Below are positions 26,538-40,127 of a stretch of 64,000 nucleotides of DNA, piece after piece; within the stretch, counting starts at the first letter, position 1; the number at the start of each line of letters is the position of its first letter. The notes under the pieces are model-generated. The model was not told where the DNA came from. It did not search any database and saw nothing but the letters and a program-made list of their open reading frames with translations. The DNA is from Eledone cirrhosa (Eukaryota), in NCBI GenBank assembly GCA_964016885.1, contig OZ024740.1:285200001-285264000 (forward strand), given 5' to 3'. The position numbers and the translations under genes are program-made.

Positions 26538-27653
26538 CCATGTGATGATGATGATAATGATGATGATGATGATGATGATGAGGAGGAGGAGGAGGAGGAG
26601 GAGGAGGAGGAGGATTGTGCTTAAAGATGACAACTTCCCTAATATTAGTGACTGACACAATAAACGATCAATCAGTGGACGTCTTTAAAGTGGTTGGTGT
26701 TAAGAAAGACATCCAACCACAGAAACCAAGCCAAAATAAAGTGTACGAATCCCCTGCCTGTTCCGCTCTCGGCATGTGACTGCCACTTTACCCCTGCAAG
26801 CATGGAAAATAGAGATTAAACAGGGATGACTCATCATCATCATCATCATCGTTGTCGTCATTTAACAACCCTTTTCCCTGCTTGTAAGGGTTATATATGT
26901 CATCATTGACCAGTTAGTACTCAAGCAGAGCCGCTAACCTCCAGGTGGGCCAGGGGCCTGACATATGGTCCCACACTCTACCCTGTACATTGTATTGCAG
27001 CACCAAAACGGGGGGAGGGGGGTGTCATGTCTCTGGCATAGCTTAAGAGTATTCCTGGCCCTTTATTTAACAGGTGCCCTTTCTATTACCAACCATTTTA
27101 CAGAAGTGAACTGGCTGATCATTTATCGTATGGATCACCGACACTGGAGAGGTTGTGCCATGTTTATGGCACTATCCTGCTCCTCCTCCCTGCCACCGCC
27201 ACCACCACCACCACCACCATCACCATCACCATCATCATCATTATCATTGTGTTTTATGTCTGCTCTTCCTTGCAGACATGATTTGGATGGGACTTTTCCA
27301 GACATTATTTAATAGCCATATACCTTTCTGATGCCAACGCATTTGATATGCAGGGATACAGTGAAAACCACATACTGTGTTTTTCATAACCAGGAATACA
27401 TACCTCCAGACATTTTTCCTACTTGTTATATATTGATTTCTATTATTGGCACATGTCAACAAATTTCTACAAAATGGAAAAAATTCCTTTTATCCTTGTT
27501 GTGTATTAAATTATGTAAATAGTAGAGATGTAAGAGTTTTAAAAAGTTCCTGTAGATCAGTCAGTGTTTTTCATGTAAAAACCATATTCCAAATGGAATG
27601 TAAATTGCTCGACCAAACTTTCCCAGAAAGTTTTTCTACCAAACTTTCCCAGA

Positions 27654-27883
27654 AAGTTTTTCTAGCCTTGTTTAGAATAAAGTCCTTACGCTCAAATTCT
27701 CAGGAATTCCAAATCTCAAGTCAATTCATGCTGAAGTCTCAAATTGCATTAGTGAATATCTATTTGGACAATCATAACAACATAAAAAGATTAACCATAA
27801 AGACATGTAGTTTACATAGCTTCTTAGTTTCTAGTTCTTCAGATTTGGATTTAATTTATTCTAAACAAGGCTAGAAAAACTTT
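27654..27883. mobile_element. Unclassified MITE-like element
   Basis: About 28-bp TIR AAGTTTTTCTAGCCTTGTTTAGAATAAA / TTTATTCTAAACAAGGCTAGAAAAACTT. Confidence 0.55.
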
Positions 27884-27964
27884 TTAAAACAGATTTTACG
27901 AAATGAGTAAAAAACAATGTATATAAGTAAAATACAGTATGAAATTGACAGCATTCCCAATCCT

Positions 27965-28180
27965 TTAACCCATTAGCATTTAAACAGGCCATATCTGATC
28001 AGAATTCTCTCATCTCTGTCTGTTCAAACCAGCCATAACTGGCTGCTCATACTGATGTTAAGGTATTGTTCTCAAAATTAAAAATATCAAAATCTCATAG
28101 ACTCAATATCATGTGAGATAAAGAGTTTACCATGAAAATACAATAGTAAATATAGAGTAATGTAAATTCTAAAGGGTTAA
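27965..28180. mobile_element. piggyBac-like TTAA MITE
   Basis: TIRs and TTAA TSD. Confidence 0.85.
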
Positions 28181-28514
28181 TAAATCTAAAACAAGTCAAC
28201 TAGGGGCAACTTGTCCTTTTTAAAGTTATTGGCCAAGGCTGGAAATTGTACATATGATGAATAAGTTCAGTGAAATAATTTAACACTTACGTGACCATAT
28301 TTCTAACAAGATTATATTGCCTTTCTGGTTTAATTATCAAAATAATCAACAATTATGAGAGGTTTAGTGAAATAACTAACTTTCAACTTAATAATAAAAG
28401 ACAAATATCTAACTACTAAAATCTAATATCTGGTATGTAATAATGAGATTTCTGTCCAAGGTTTAAATTTAAGTTTGAACACTCTAATAGAGGCAGTTTT
28501 GGAAGGGTTGGTAT

Positions 28515-28743
28515 TTAACCCTTTAGCATTTAAACCAGCCATAACTGGCCAGAATTTTCTCACCTCTTTCTGTTCAAACCGGCCGTAACCGGCCACTCTC
28601 AGTGGTATTAGGGTATTGTTCTCAAAATAAATAATATCAAAATCTCATAGATTTGATATTATGTGAGATAATTATGTGAGGTAAAGCCTTTACCACAAAA
28701 ATACAATAGTATATATAGAGTAATGTAAATGCTAAATGGTTAA
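28515..28743. mobile_element. piggyBac-like TTAA MITE
   Basis: TIRs and TTAA TSD. Confidence 0.85.
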
Positions 28744-29040
28744 ATGCCTCATCCAGATTTATCAACCTTCTACAGTACTCACACAATAAAAGCATATTTT
28801 TCATTTAAAGTTCTTGTTTATATGATATCCCTGAGTCATTATTGTTGGGTTTTGAACTTTCTTTTGTATATATACCAATTAAATCAATATGAAGAGAATG
28901 AGGAACTGACTGCCCATAGCCCATTAAAAGTAAGACAATGCAAGATAGCTAGAAGAGGTTATAAGGTTGATGAGTTTTAAATGATTAATAAGGAAGTTCC
29001 TGAGAGAAAGAAACTAGAGGAGAAGGTTTCATATAAATGT

Positions 29041-29269
29041 TTAACCCTTTAGTATTTACATTACTCTATATATACTATTGTATTTTCATGGTAAACATTT
29101 TATCTCACATAATTATCTCACATAATATTGAATCTATGAGATTTTGATATTATTTATTTTGAGAACAATACCTTAACATCAGTATGAGGGGCTGGTTACA
29201 GCTGGTTTGAACAGAAAGAGTTGAGAGAATTCTGGCCGGATACAGCCAGTTTAAATACTAAAGGATTAA
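29041..29269. mobile_element. piggyBac-like TTAA MITE (opposite orientation to 28515)
   Basis: TIRs and TTAA TSD. Confidence 0.85.
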
Positions 29270-29392
29270 TCTATGAGATAAAACAGAAGTAAAATGATGA
29301 AAGAAGAAAGAATAAATGGATGAAGCTGATTTAGATGAGGTTGCATAGATTTATCAAGTGAAAAGGGTATAAGGACAAAAGTAAACTCAATA

Positions 29393-29563
29393 CAGTGAAA
29401 TTCCGTTATACGAAATTCACGAGGTATAAAAAAATTTGTTGTAATGAAAATTTCTTTATAGCGAGATTGACCTAACACATCAATTGTGTCGCCAAGGATT
29501 GAAAAAAATTTTGTTATACTGAAAAATTTGTTATAATAGTATTCGTTATAATGGAATTTTACC
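29393..29563. mobile_element. Tigger-like MITE
   Basis: TA|CAGTGAAATTCCGTTATA ... TATAATGGAATTTTACCG. Confidence 0.6.
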
Positions 29564-32023
29564 GGTTGGTGTTTAAAGAATGTTTGGCTTTTTATCAAGA
29601 TGGTGTTTTAGATATGTGTGTTTTGTATCTGAGTTATGTAATCTATACTCAAGTTCAGGTTGTAGTTGCACCTTGTAAAAATATAGTAGGTGTTTTTCTA
29701 TATCTCTCCTTTCCATATATATTTTTCTTCTTTAGCTAAGCCCTCACATACTGCATTCTCACTTCTTTATCAGTTGACACATTTGGGATACCTTTTTTGT
29801 CTTTATTTGTGTAATTCACTGAAAGGCATAAACTGTCTTGTCTTTGTCTCCACCTGTTTTGTTGCATCCCAATGTAGACTGGAATGTATAGTATCAACCT
29901 TAATCTACCAAAACTGTTGTGATTTCCAGAGGTTGACTAAGGAGATGGGACTGTATTTTCATTGTCTTTGTCCTATGCAACTCCCCCCTCTCAATTTTGA
30001 ATATACATATATAAAATTATGTAAAATGCTACACAGGCAGTTTGTTATTCAAATGGTCATACATGGAAAACAACAATGCACATGAATGAAAGCAAGGCAA
30101 CTAAAAGAGGGAAAAAGAAACCCCTTATCATGGCTACCCAAGAACAAATATTTAGAACAATTCTTAAAACAAAAACAGGTGAAATTCAAAAAGATAATAA
30201 GTGTCAAATATATGGCAAAGTAAATGAAATAATAAACAAAGAAGTTATGTTGGAATAAGCATAAAGTTGTTACGGAAGGTTAGTAAGAAGTATAAGATAT
30301 AGATACATGAAAAGAGTTAATGAGAAACTGTAATGTTTATAATAATGTCAAAATTGTATAAGATCTTTAATGATTTACTCATGTAGTTAGATATAGTAAT
30401 AGATCAACTACTTGGTTGTAGCTATGTTGACGTACTGCCATACATCATCACTGTTTAACTTCTCTATTTTCCACGCTTGCATGTGTTAGATGGATTGTCA
30501 TGTTATAAGATTAAGTCAGGTCAGATGATCATATCTTGCTCATACAGAACTGTTTCTAGCTAGGTTTCTATGGTTAGATGCCCTTCCTAATGCCAACCAC
30601 ATTATTTTGGACTGGGTGCTTTTGTTATGGCACCAAAACAACTATCTAACAGGGTGGACTGCATGCTTTTTATTGGGGCACCAACATGACCATCTACACG
30701 ATAGACTGGGTACTTGTCATGTTACCAATACAACCTTTTTGTTGTGTCACAAGTACAACTACCTTAAGGGGAGCCCTAAGTGCTTTTTCTTGTGGCTGCA
30801 GGTCTTACTCACACATAACTGATTTTAGCTGGTTTCTACAACTGGATGCCCTTCCTAGCGCCAACCTCATTTACAGTGTAGACTGAGTGCTTTTTATCGT
30901 GACACCTACATGACCACTTTACAGTGTGAACTGAGTATATATAAGTATGTATAAATTTTTTTTTTCTCCAGACCTGAACCAGAAATGGTCTAAATTCCCC
31001 ACACCTCTTCCTTTAGTTCCTCACACACCCCACCTCCAACACACACACACCTACACTGTCTATACCAGTCACCCCCATACCCCCCTTTTACCCTACCATG
31101 GCACCAATTAATCAACTAACAGACCTCCCCACCACCACTAACACTACTAACTCCTTTCTACCTCCACACTCCACCACTCTACCACCCATACACAACACCA
31201 CTAACTACCTATAACCCTGACTACCACAACTTTCACCACAGCATCACTATACATACATACACACAAGCAAACATACACTCACATATATAGAAACAATAGA
31301 AAAAGTCACACACACACATATTAACATACACTCCACCTCTCCAACAACATAACCATACACTAACAGTTTACCTTTTATGACCCTCTTTTAACCCCATCAA
31401 CAGCACTAACTAACGGACCTACCACCCTCCACTAACACTACAAACCCCCTCCACACCTCACTGGCCATCTACCTTCACTCCCTATAACCAATATAGACAT
31501 ACCCAGCACTCCCATATTCTAACAACCTCTACTACCACCTTCGCCTCGTACCTACTACACACACACACACACGCACATTAACACACACACACACACAAAC
31601 ACATGCTACCACCACAGCTCCCTTCCAAATCACTTCTGGTCTGTATGTGCCACCACCTCTCCCACCCATCACCCACTTCCGCTCTGACCACAACACCTCC
31701 GCTCTGACCACAACACTTCTGGACATCGTACCGCTCCTTCTCGACAACATATCTGGATTAGATTACACGTGAATATTCTGACCATCCCTCCACAGACACA
31801 CACAGACATACCCTTACCTATATATGTATACGTACATACATATATGTGTACAGACGCACAGTAGTATGTATATATATACATACATGCACACATATATATA
31901 TGTACGTATGAGTTTACCGAACATTTATTATAATGTTCGGTTTGTTTGTAAACAAACAGCCTGAATTACGCCGTACAGTGCTCGGCAACCATCGTCGCCC
32001 TTTTGTTCAACACTGACATAGGA

Positions 32024-32066
32024 ACGATGTACTAGTTTCAGGCTTATTAGCTATCGTCAGCATCGT
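32024..32066 (-). ncRNA. Minimal type-I hammerhead ribozyme (family D)
   Basis: ACGAUG-CUGACGA-UAGCU(AAUA)AGCCU-GAAAC-UA-GUA^CAUCGU. Confidence 0.85.
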
Positions 32067-32253
32067 ATACCTTACCTGTCAGATGATTGAACGTTTGAAA
32101 GTATATACTTTCCTTAAGCATATTAACGGCTGAGCGTTTTCGGTATGCCCGGCCGACTAACTCACTCGATATGCAAATTAGGCTGCTCAGCCATTAATAT
32201 GCTTAAGGAAAGTATATACTTTCAAACGTTCAATCATCTGACAGGTAAGGTAT

Positions 32254-32296
32254 ACGATGCCGACGATAGCTAATAAGCTTGAAACTAGTATATCGT
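32254..32296 (+). ncRNA. Minimal type-I hammerhead ribozyme (family D, U4C variant)
   Basis: ACGAUG-CCGACGA-UAGCU(AAUA)AGCUU-GAAAC-UA-GUA^UAUCGU. Confidence 0.7.
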
Positions 32297-32735
32297 TCCT
32301 GTGTCAGTGTTGAACAAAAGGGCGACGATGGTTGCCGAGCACTGTACAGCGTAATTCGGGCTGTAAATGCTAAAGGGTTAATCTGGCAGAGTCCAACACC
32401 TTTGAACATAGACAATTTTCTTCCAGAGAGAGAGAGAGAGAGAGAATCAACCCCAGTACTGGACTGGTACTTTCTTTATTGACTTTGAAAGGATGAAAAG
32501 CAGAGTTGAGCTCGGCAGGGTTTGAATTAAGAGAGTACAGACAGCCAGAATGAATACCGCAAAGCATTCTATCTGACATTCTCAGGACTCTGCCAATTTG
32601 CTATCTATGGTCTCATCTATTAAAGTTCAATATGAAAGTAGTAGTTGTAATAGTTTAGATGATCTTGGCTAAACTATTACAATTACCAGTACTGCTGCTA
32701 CTACTACTATAACAACAACAACAACAAGAAATTAC

Positions 32736-32922
32736 CTGTGGCTTTACAAACAGCTAGAGCTGCTTCATTGGCACCAGCTAAAATTTGAATTCCGATGGGT
32801 TTCTTGTTAAATACTTTCTTCACTTCGTTCATTACAACAGCCATGCTAGCCACAACTTCTGGCCCAACATCTCTAGCGTGTAAATATGGAATGTCATGCA
32901 TGTTCTCAAGCATAATACTATC
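32736..32922 (-). CDS. Internal coding exon of a BtpA/SgcQ-family gene: DSIMLENMHDIPYLHARDVGPEVVASMAVVMNEVKKVFNKKPIGIQILAGANEAALAVCKATG
   Basis: Acceptor ttttcactttctctttAG, donor G|GTAAT, 187 nt. Carries the BtpA-family motifs ENMHDxPY, PEvvA and PxGxQIL...N..ALAV. Confidence 0.92.
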
Positions 32923-33102
32923 CTAAAGAGAAAGTGAAAAAAAGAGATAAGGTGGAAAAATTATTTATAAATAAATCAATAATATGAATTAATACATCTT
33001 TTTTTACACACTCACTCACGAGTCGAGTTTCTTCACTCACTCACAAGTCGAGTTTCCTTGCTCACTCACTCACGAGTCAAGTTTCCTCGCTCGCTCACTC
33101 AC

Positions 33103-33103
<1 letters not shown>

Positions 33104-33172
<69 letters not shown>

Positions 33173-33512
33173 TTTACGTCCGCTTTTCCCTGCTTACAAG
33201 GGTGGGACGGGTCTTATTCAGCACAGCATCTCTCCACTCGTCACGGTCCTTCGTCATCTCCACCGTGAACTTCAATGATCTGAGGTCTGTTCTCACCACC
33301 TCCGCCCATGTTTTTCGTGGTCTACCTCTGCCACGTCTTCCTTCAACTGGCATTTCCTGGCACTTCTTCACCCATCGGTCATCCTCCATGCGCATCACAT
33401 GTCCATACCACCTCAGTCTCCTCTCCCGTACACTACATTCTATCCCTCTCAGACACAGTTTCTCTCTCAACACATTTATGCTGGGTCGTTCACGCACATT
33501 TACACTGCACAT
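33104..33512 (-). mobile_element. RTE 3' end with long (GAT)n tail
   Basis: RERRLRWYGHVMRMEDDRWVKKC...GRGRPRKTW. Confidence 0.9.
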
Positions 33513-33580
33513 GAGTCAAATTTCCTCAGTCCAATGAACAGTACTCTTTCCATTTGTCTCGATCTAGCATTATCACTCCA

Positions 33581-33772
33581 AGGGCGGTGGATTGGCAGTA
33601 TCGGTAGAGGGTCGGACGCCATGCTTTGACGCATAGAGTTACGGCCCTTGCCATTCTGAGTTCAAATCCCGCCGAGGTTAACTTTGCCTTTCATCCTTAC
33701 GGGGTCGATAAAATAAAGTACCAGTAATACACTGGGTAATTTCTGGCCTTGTGCCAAACGTAGAAACAATTA
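33581..33772 (+). mobile_element. SINE family B
   Basis: Full copy; the flanking TTATCACTCCAAG is repeated on both sides (TSD-like). Confidence 0.85.
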
Positions 33773-34466
33773 TCACTCCAAGATCCATTAAATTTCCTCC
33801 CGTGTCAGCATATAGCATATCTAGATACGTTGTTACAGGACGACCTCTACTTCTATGACTGTGCAGGCTTCCATAAAAGAATACAGCTGACACACTTGTT
33901 TTTTTGCACTGTAACAATGTCCCGAAAAATGTATCCTTCTTAGACAAACAATATCTGACGGACAGACTATCCAGATAGACTTCTCCATTTGTGACTCTCA
34001 CTCGATAAGATATGTTGAGAGCATATCTCAGGAGTCTCGTGTAACAACCATTTAGTTTTTTTCAAGAGTTTTATTAAGTGCATCTTTTTTAATATATCAT
34101 TTTTATTCTGCAATCCTTCTTTCACTTGTTTCAATCATTGAGCTGTGGCCATGCTGGGGCACGACTGTCTTGTGTACCTTGTTTATATCTTAGTGCTTGT
34201 AATAAATTGATACTTATTTGTTTGACTTCAGAAGGATAAAAAGCTAACGATGACCTGGGGACAAGATTTCACCTCATATTTGAAAAGCATCTAGCCAAAT
34301 AGTACATAATATTTTCTTTGTTCAAGACTCTATCAATTCTGCTATAACCACCCCTACCCTTGATAAACATTGATAATGAAAATTAAATAAACAAAAGCTT
34401 GACTCAAGTTTCAAAACCTGGATTTATATTATAATTTCTATGAAATAGATAACATTGGATAAAACC

Positions 34467-34867
34467 TTAACCCTTTAGCATTTACATTACTCTATATTTA
34501 CTATTATATTTTCACAGTAAACACTTTATCTCACATAATTATCTCACATAATATTGAATCTATGAAATTTTTGGCAGTATCGGTAGAGGGTCGGACGCCA
34601 TGCTTTCCAGCATAGTTACGTCCCTTTACAATCTGAGTTCAAATCTCGCCGAGGTTGACTTTGCCTTTCATCCTTACAGGGTCGATAAAATAAAGTACCA
34701 GTAATGCACTGGGTAATTTGCTGGCCTTGTGCCTAAAGTAGAAACAATTATTTATTTTGAGAACAATACCTTAACATTAGTACAAGCAGCCAGTTACAGC
34801 TGGTTTAAACAGAAAGAGGTGAGAGAATTCTGGCCAGATACAGCTGGTTTAAAGGCTAAAGGGTTAA
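34467..34867. mobile_element. TTAA MITE interrupted by SINE B (34572-34750)
   Basis: TIRs and TTAA TSD. Confidence 0.85.
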
Positions 34868-35249
34868 ATAGCTTTAATGAATGATATCCACTTCTCTTCA
34901 TTATTTTCTCCATTTTGTATTTGCTGTTAACACAATGTTTTGGTCCTGTTGATCAGTATTGTCTCCAAGTGTCTTCAGAAGCAACCAGTTTTAGGTTGGG
35001 TAGTTATTTCAGGGAAAGTTAGCTGCTGTTTCTAACAAGTGAGGCAACCACATAGCAGCTCCTTCACTGGCTTAAGATTAGCAAGGTTGAGATTGATGGG
35101 GTTCACATTTCGCTGGAATTTCTATAGTTTGATGTCTGGTGGGAAAATGTTGGGAGGAAAGAAAACCCACTTCATACTGATGTGCTGGAACTTCTGCTAC
35201 AGAAGCAATGTGATTGGAGCCAAGTACCTGGTATTTCTGTGCATGTGCT

Positions 35250-35478
35250 TTAACTCTTTAGCATTTAAACTGGCTGTATCTGGCCAGAATTCTCTCACCT
35301 CTTTCTGTTCAAACTGGCCATAACCAGCTGCTCATACTTATGTTAAGGTATTGTTTTCAAAATAAATAATATCAAAATCTCATAGATTCAATATTATGTG
35401 ATATTATTATGTGAGGTAAAGCCTTTACCATAAAAATATAAGAGTAAGTATAGAGTAATGTAAATGCTAAAGGGTTAA
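35250..35478. mobile_element. piggyBac-like TTAA MITE
   Basis: TIRs and TTAA TSD. Confidence 0.85.
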
Positions 35479-36046
35479 ATTTTTCTTCATTTTGTCTTTG
35501 AGCTATTTAGAACAGGTGGTTACTTGTCAGGCATGAGATATTTGGTATTTTTCCATACAGGACTTGCTTGGCTATTCTAAACTCCTCCATACACATTGAC
35601 AGGATCACGATCAGAACTGTGCATAGATTAGTAAGATTTTATTCCACCTAGCTTGCATAACACAAGGATAGTTCTGGAATCTAGGGAAGTTGGGGAAAAC
35701 ACAGTGGTGTTGATAAGATGGTGGATATTTGTGCATCAGGCTGTCATGAGTAGATGTTCAGAGAAGCAAAGCAGAAAGAAAAAACAGCCTGTCTGTGAGC
35801 CAGTTGATGTAATGTTTTAATGAGTAAGTCTTTGCTAATCAGCTGAATGGCATTTTTGTGAATGCAGAGTAGAATGTTTGAGTGTGTGTAGCAACAGCAC
35901 TAGCCAACATATGTGAGTACACTAATGTGGGTCAGACTTGAGTTCTGAAGAAAATCAGCAACTAATTAGAGCTGAAGTATTCTGGTTCTAAAGAGGAAGT
36001 TTGGTCTTCGGGATGCTCATTTGGTAATATTATATATATATATAAG

Positions 36047-36230
36047 GGCGGTGGATTGGCAGTATCGGTAGAGGGTCGGACGCCATGCTTTCCAGCATAG
36101 TTACGTCCCTTTACAATCTGAGTTCAAATCCCGCCGAGGTTGACTTCGCCTTTCATCCTTACGGGGTCAATAAAATAAAGTATCAGTAATACACTGGGAT
36201 AATTGCTGGCCTTGTGCCAAAAGTAGAAAC

Positions 36231-36235
<5 letters not shown>
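36047..36235 (+). mobile_element. SINE family B
   Basis: Full copy inside a (TA)n tract. Confidence 0.85.
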
Positions 36236-36273
<38 letters not shown>

Positions 36274-36276
<3 letters not shown>

Positions 36277-36374
36277 GGTGTCCCCCAAAAATGCATATAC
36301 ACTTCAACAGCTTTCTAATAAATATTGCCTGTACAGGTAATCAAAGTGTTTATATATATTTTGGGGACACTCTG
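36274..36374. mobile_element. Tc1-like MITE
   Basis: TA|CAGGGTGTCCCCCAAAA ... TTTTGGGGACACTCTG|TA. Confidence 0.65.
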
Positions 36375-36379
36375 TATAC

Positions 36380-37570
36380 GTATTCCCAACACCCGCCTTG
36401 CTTTCCCACTCTCCTACCACCCCATCACCCTACCTCTCCGACGACATATTCTCTGTTCCTTCCACACCCTCTCTTCTGACCCCGTCACTTCTTGCTGTTT
36501 TCCTAACCCACCCATCACTGCATTTAAGTGTGTCCGTAATCTCTGTGACCTCCTGGTATGCAGTTCCTTCTCATCCTCTCCCACAAATTCACATGGATCT
36601 CGTCCTTGTTCTTGTCCATGCTGTAACACCTGTTCTTTCATTTCCAATCTTACCACTCTCACAGGCACCAACGGTTCATTTCGTATCTGCTACTCCATCA
36701 CCTGCATCTCCACCCATGTAGTCTATGCCCTTCAGTGCTCCCCTTGCGAGTCCTTATATATGGGACAAACAGGACACCGTTTGGCAGACCGTTTTGCTGA
36801 ACATTTGAGGGACATACAAGTCAGTATGGATACTCCCGTCAATGTCATCTCTGTTCCCCAGGTCACTCTTCCCTACATGTCTCAGTCCTGGTGTCCTTTT
36901 ACATCACAGATCACAGGCCTCGCACACCAGAACTGAACAGAGTCTGATTTGCTGCCTCAGGTCCTGTTTTCCTAATAGACTCAACTCTCCTCCCCAATTT
37001 CATTAATATTACACACATACGTTCATATGCTTACTTCTCTACCCCTTTCCACCATCACATTTACCCCGTCCATTGTCACACACACGTTTGTACATTTAGC
37101 CCCTAGTTTCCTATGGCGCTGTCATGGTCAGAAACATATACTCTTATAGCTGATATAGACCAACAAAATACGCACACACACTTCTATTTTTACCTTCACA
37201 ACTCTTTATACACACACACTCTCTTTTACTTATATACACACATATATACTCCTAACTTCGTACAGACATATAACACATACACACACACACACACACATAC
37301 ACGTATATGCACGCACGCACGTATAGCTCTATATACAAAACATTTTTTTTTCCTTTCAGATAGATGTGCTCCATCATCCACTTTTCTAAAAAATTATATC
37401 ATACACAAAACCCCAGCATTTTCCAAGACTTGGCAAAAAAATATTTTCTGATTCTGTCCTGCCCGTCCCCTCAATCTTTCTAATTTCTCATTCTTTCTTC
37501 TGATGAAGGACTAGCGTCCAAAACATTAAGACCCTCTTCCTGCTATTTCAAGCGTTAAACTAATATATTC
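36380..37570 (+). mobile_element. Penelope-like element 3' part (Zn-linker, GIY-YIG endonuclease and pLTR with HHR)
   Basis: RNLCDLLV, C-rich linker, C..THVVYALQC..C..LYMGQT.HRLADRFAEH; HHR remnant downstream. Confidence 0.85.
37496..37531 (+). ncRNA. Degenerate hammerhead ribozyme in the Penelope pLTR
   Basis: TCTT-CTGATGA-A-GGAC(TAGC)GTCC-AAAAC-ATT-AAGA; G12 is mutated to A. Confidence 0.65.
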
Positions 37571-38184
37571 CTTCCATATACTGGGCCTTTTGTATAAAGT
37601 CACTATGGTAATCATTGTAGATGGTGAGGTTTAGTATCTGGAATGACTTTGAGAGTATTAGATGTGTGTAGTTCATGTGTACGTGGAGTGTAGCACAATA
37701 AAGTGGTATGTTCAACAATCATAGCTTTGTTCTGTTGAAGAAGATTAGGTTGTTATATCCCATTGAAGGATATTTTGTGATGTGTCCCAATTCATCAAAG
37801 CAATTCATATCTAGTGTGAGGTGTCATGTGGATGATATGTGTAGTTAGGAGGTTATGCAAATTAGGGAATGATTATAGTGCAGGAGAATGTGTCGTTAGA
37901 AATGACAGCAAATAGCTCCTTAGTATAGAGGAGGAACATCCTTTCCATTCTTGGTGGAAATTTTACACCAGATCTGAAATGATAGAGAAAGCATTGCCAG
38001 TGCTTATTGCAAAGTGAAATTTTGGTACAAAACATCAAATCCCATACATGAGAAAGCAGTGGATCCCGTTCATGAGCATGTTTTCTTGAAGGTTATCATG
38101 TCAGACATAGTCAAAACTATGTTGATGACAAGGGCCACAAATGATGCTTTCATAAAAATTCTCAAGGATAAAAGACCACATGAT

Positions 38185-38412
38185 TTAACCCTTTAGCATT
38201 TACATTACTCTATATATACTATTGTATTTTCATGGTAAAGGCTTTACCTCAGATAATATTTCACATAATGTTGAATCTATGAGAATCTGATATTATTTAT
38301 TTTGTAAACAATACCGTAACATCAGTATGAGTGGCCAATTATAGCCAGTTTGAACAGAAAGAGGTGAGAGAATTCTGGCCGGATACAGCCGGTTTAAATG
38401 CTAAAGGGTTAA
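38185..38412. mobile_element. piggyBac-like TTAA MITE
   Basis: TIRs and TTAA TSD. Confidence 0.85.
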
Positions 38413-39894
38413 ATATATGAGAGCAAGTTTCTACTAGATTTGACGCTATGGAATCTATACCAATAATTACTGAGAAGAAATGGAGACTCAACCTAATAAA
38501 GAAAGTGGGATTTATTTTACAACTGTTTCTATAACTTTAAAGTATTGAAAGTGATCTTCTTGGGAATAGAACATAGTGTCATGAGTGTCCATAGATTAAG
38601 ATAAATTGCTGCATAGGAAGAAAGATTGAAGAGTTTGATGAGGATGGAAGCTGATTCTAGGATGTATGATCTGAAGTTAATGGTTGAACGAATTTCAAAC
38701 TTTGCTGGGATAGCGTGGACAGAGAAGTTTTTACATTTGAAAACTGTTGTTGTTGTGGTAAAATAATCAGATGGAAGGAGAAGAGTTTAGGAGTTTTATT
38801 GTATGTTTATGCAGTACAGAGTTGGATGCAAAATAAGCAGCAAATGCAGTGGTTTTATCTGCAGGAGTGCTACTACTTAAAGATTTCTTTTGATTGAGGG
38901 ATGGCAGGTGAGAAAAGTTTGCAAAGTTATGGGGGATCATCTTGGAAAGTACACAACACCATTTAGTTTGAGGCACATAAAACATTGACCTGCTTGCATA
39001 CAATATATTTATAAAACAATCAAATGATCTCATTATCCTTATTCAGCATAAATTACTTTGAAATTGGTATTAGCAGAATATCTCTATATACAAAGTGAAA
39101 AACTTTTTTCAAATCAACACCAACGCCATCACATAAAAAAAGGGTCTTTTCTATTCTCAAGTTTTTTTCATAGACTTATTTCAGTTCTAAGAATCTGTAT
39201 ATAGAACTATGATAGAGCCTAAAACCACATTGACTGTCTTGGAACACAGAAAAAAGAACCAGTCAAATATTATGTGTTGGAAATCATATTTGGAGATTCT
39301 GAGTATTTGTATTGAGAAGTGTTATAGGATATGTATTCAAGATTACGGGGGTTTGGAGACCTTTACTCCTTAAAAATCTTGACTCAACCTTGTTAAAGAG
39401 GGATTTTTAATGAAACTCCTGTGTCACTTAACCCTTCTAACATAAGTTATGTGCTGTATCACTTCACCAGACCTGGCTGAAAGACAGTCTTCCTGAAAAA
39501 TTGTATATCTTATGGTTAATTAGCTGTAGGGAAAGTATCCAAGTATAAAAACAATTCCTCGCTTGCTTAGCAAAATCAATGTAAAATAAGGAATAAAAAA
39601 ATATTTTCCAATAAATCAAACACTCACTCACATGAAAACACACACACACACATACAAATACACCTGCACACATATACATACACAAACACACTCACATATA
39701 TGCATACATTCAGTCACACAGACATATTTGATATTCACTTCTATAGTTTGAAAATTGTCATTAATCACCTTTTCTTTTGTGCATTCAACACTGATCTCAC
39801 AACATAATGCTATGGTTATTACACACACACATATATAGATGTATGTATGTGTGTGTGTATAAATATATATACACATATATAACTTATAAATACA

Positions 39895-39943
<49 letters not shown>

Positions 39944-40127
39944 GATCCCTTGCTCTCTCTCGGAGGTCAGTAGCTTCAGTTCAGTACTGACTTGGTTTAT
40001 GTAGACCCCTCCAACCCTTTCAACAAGGAAAGTGGATGTTAAATGATGATGATGATGATGATATATATATATATATTAGGAAAATAAGAAAAACAGTAGA
40101 AAATGCTAATAGGATTTTCTCATAGCA

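Larger units (their letters stand above)
31826..32364. mobile_element. Retrozyme-like repeat in a 5'-to-5' inverted arrangement (arms 31956-32135 and 32185-32364)
   Basis: Homologous to the 45625-46302 tandem unit; each arm carries an HHR. Confidence 0.85.
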
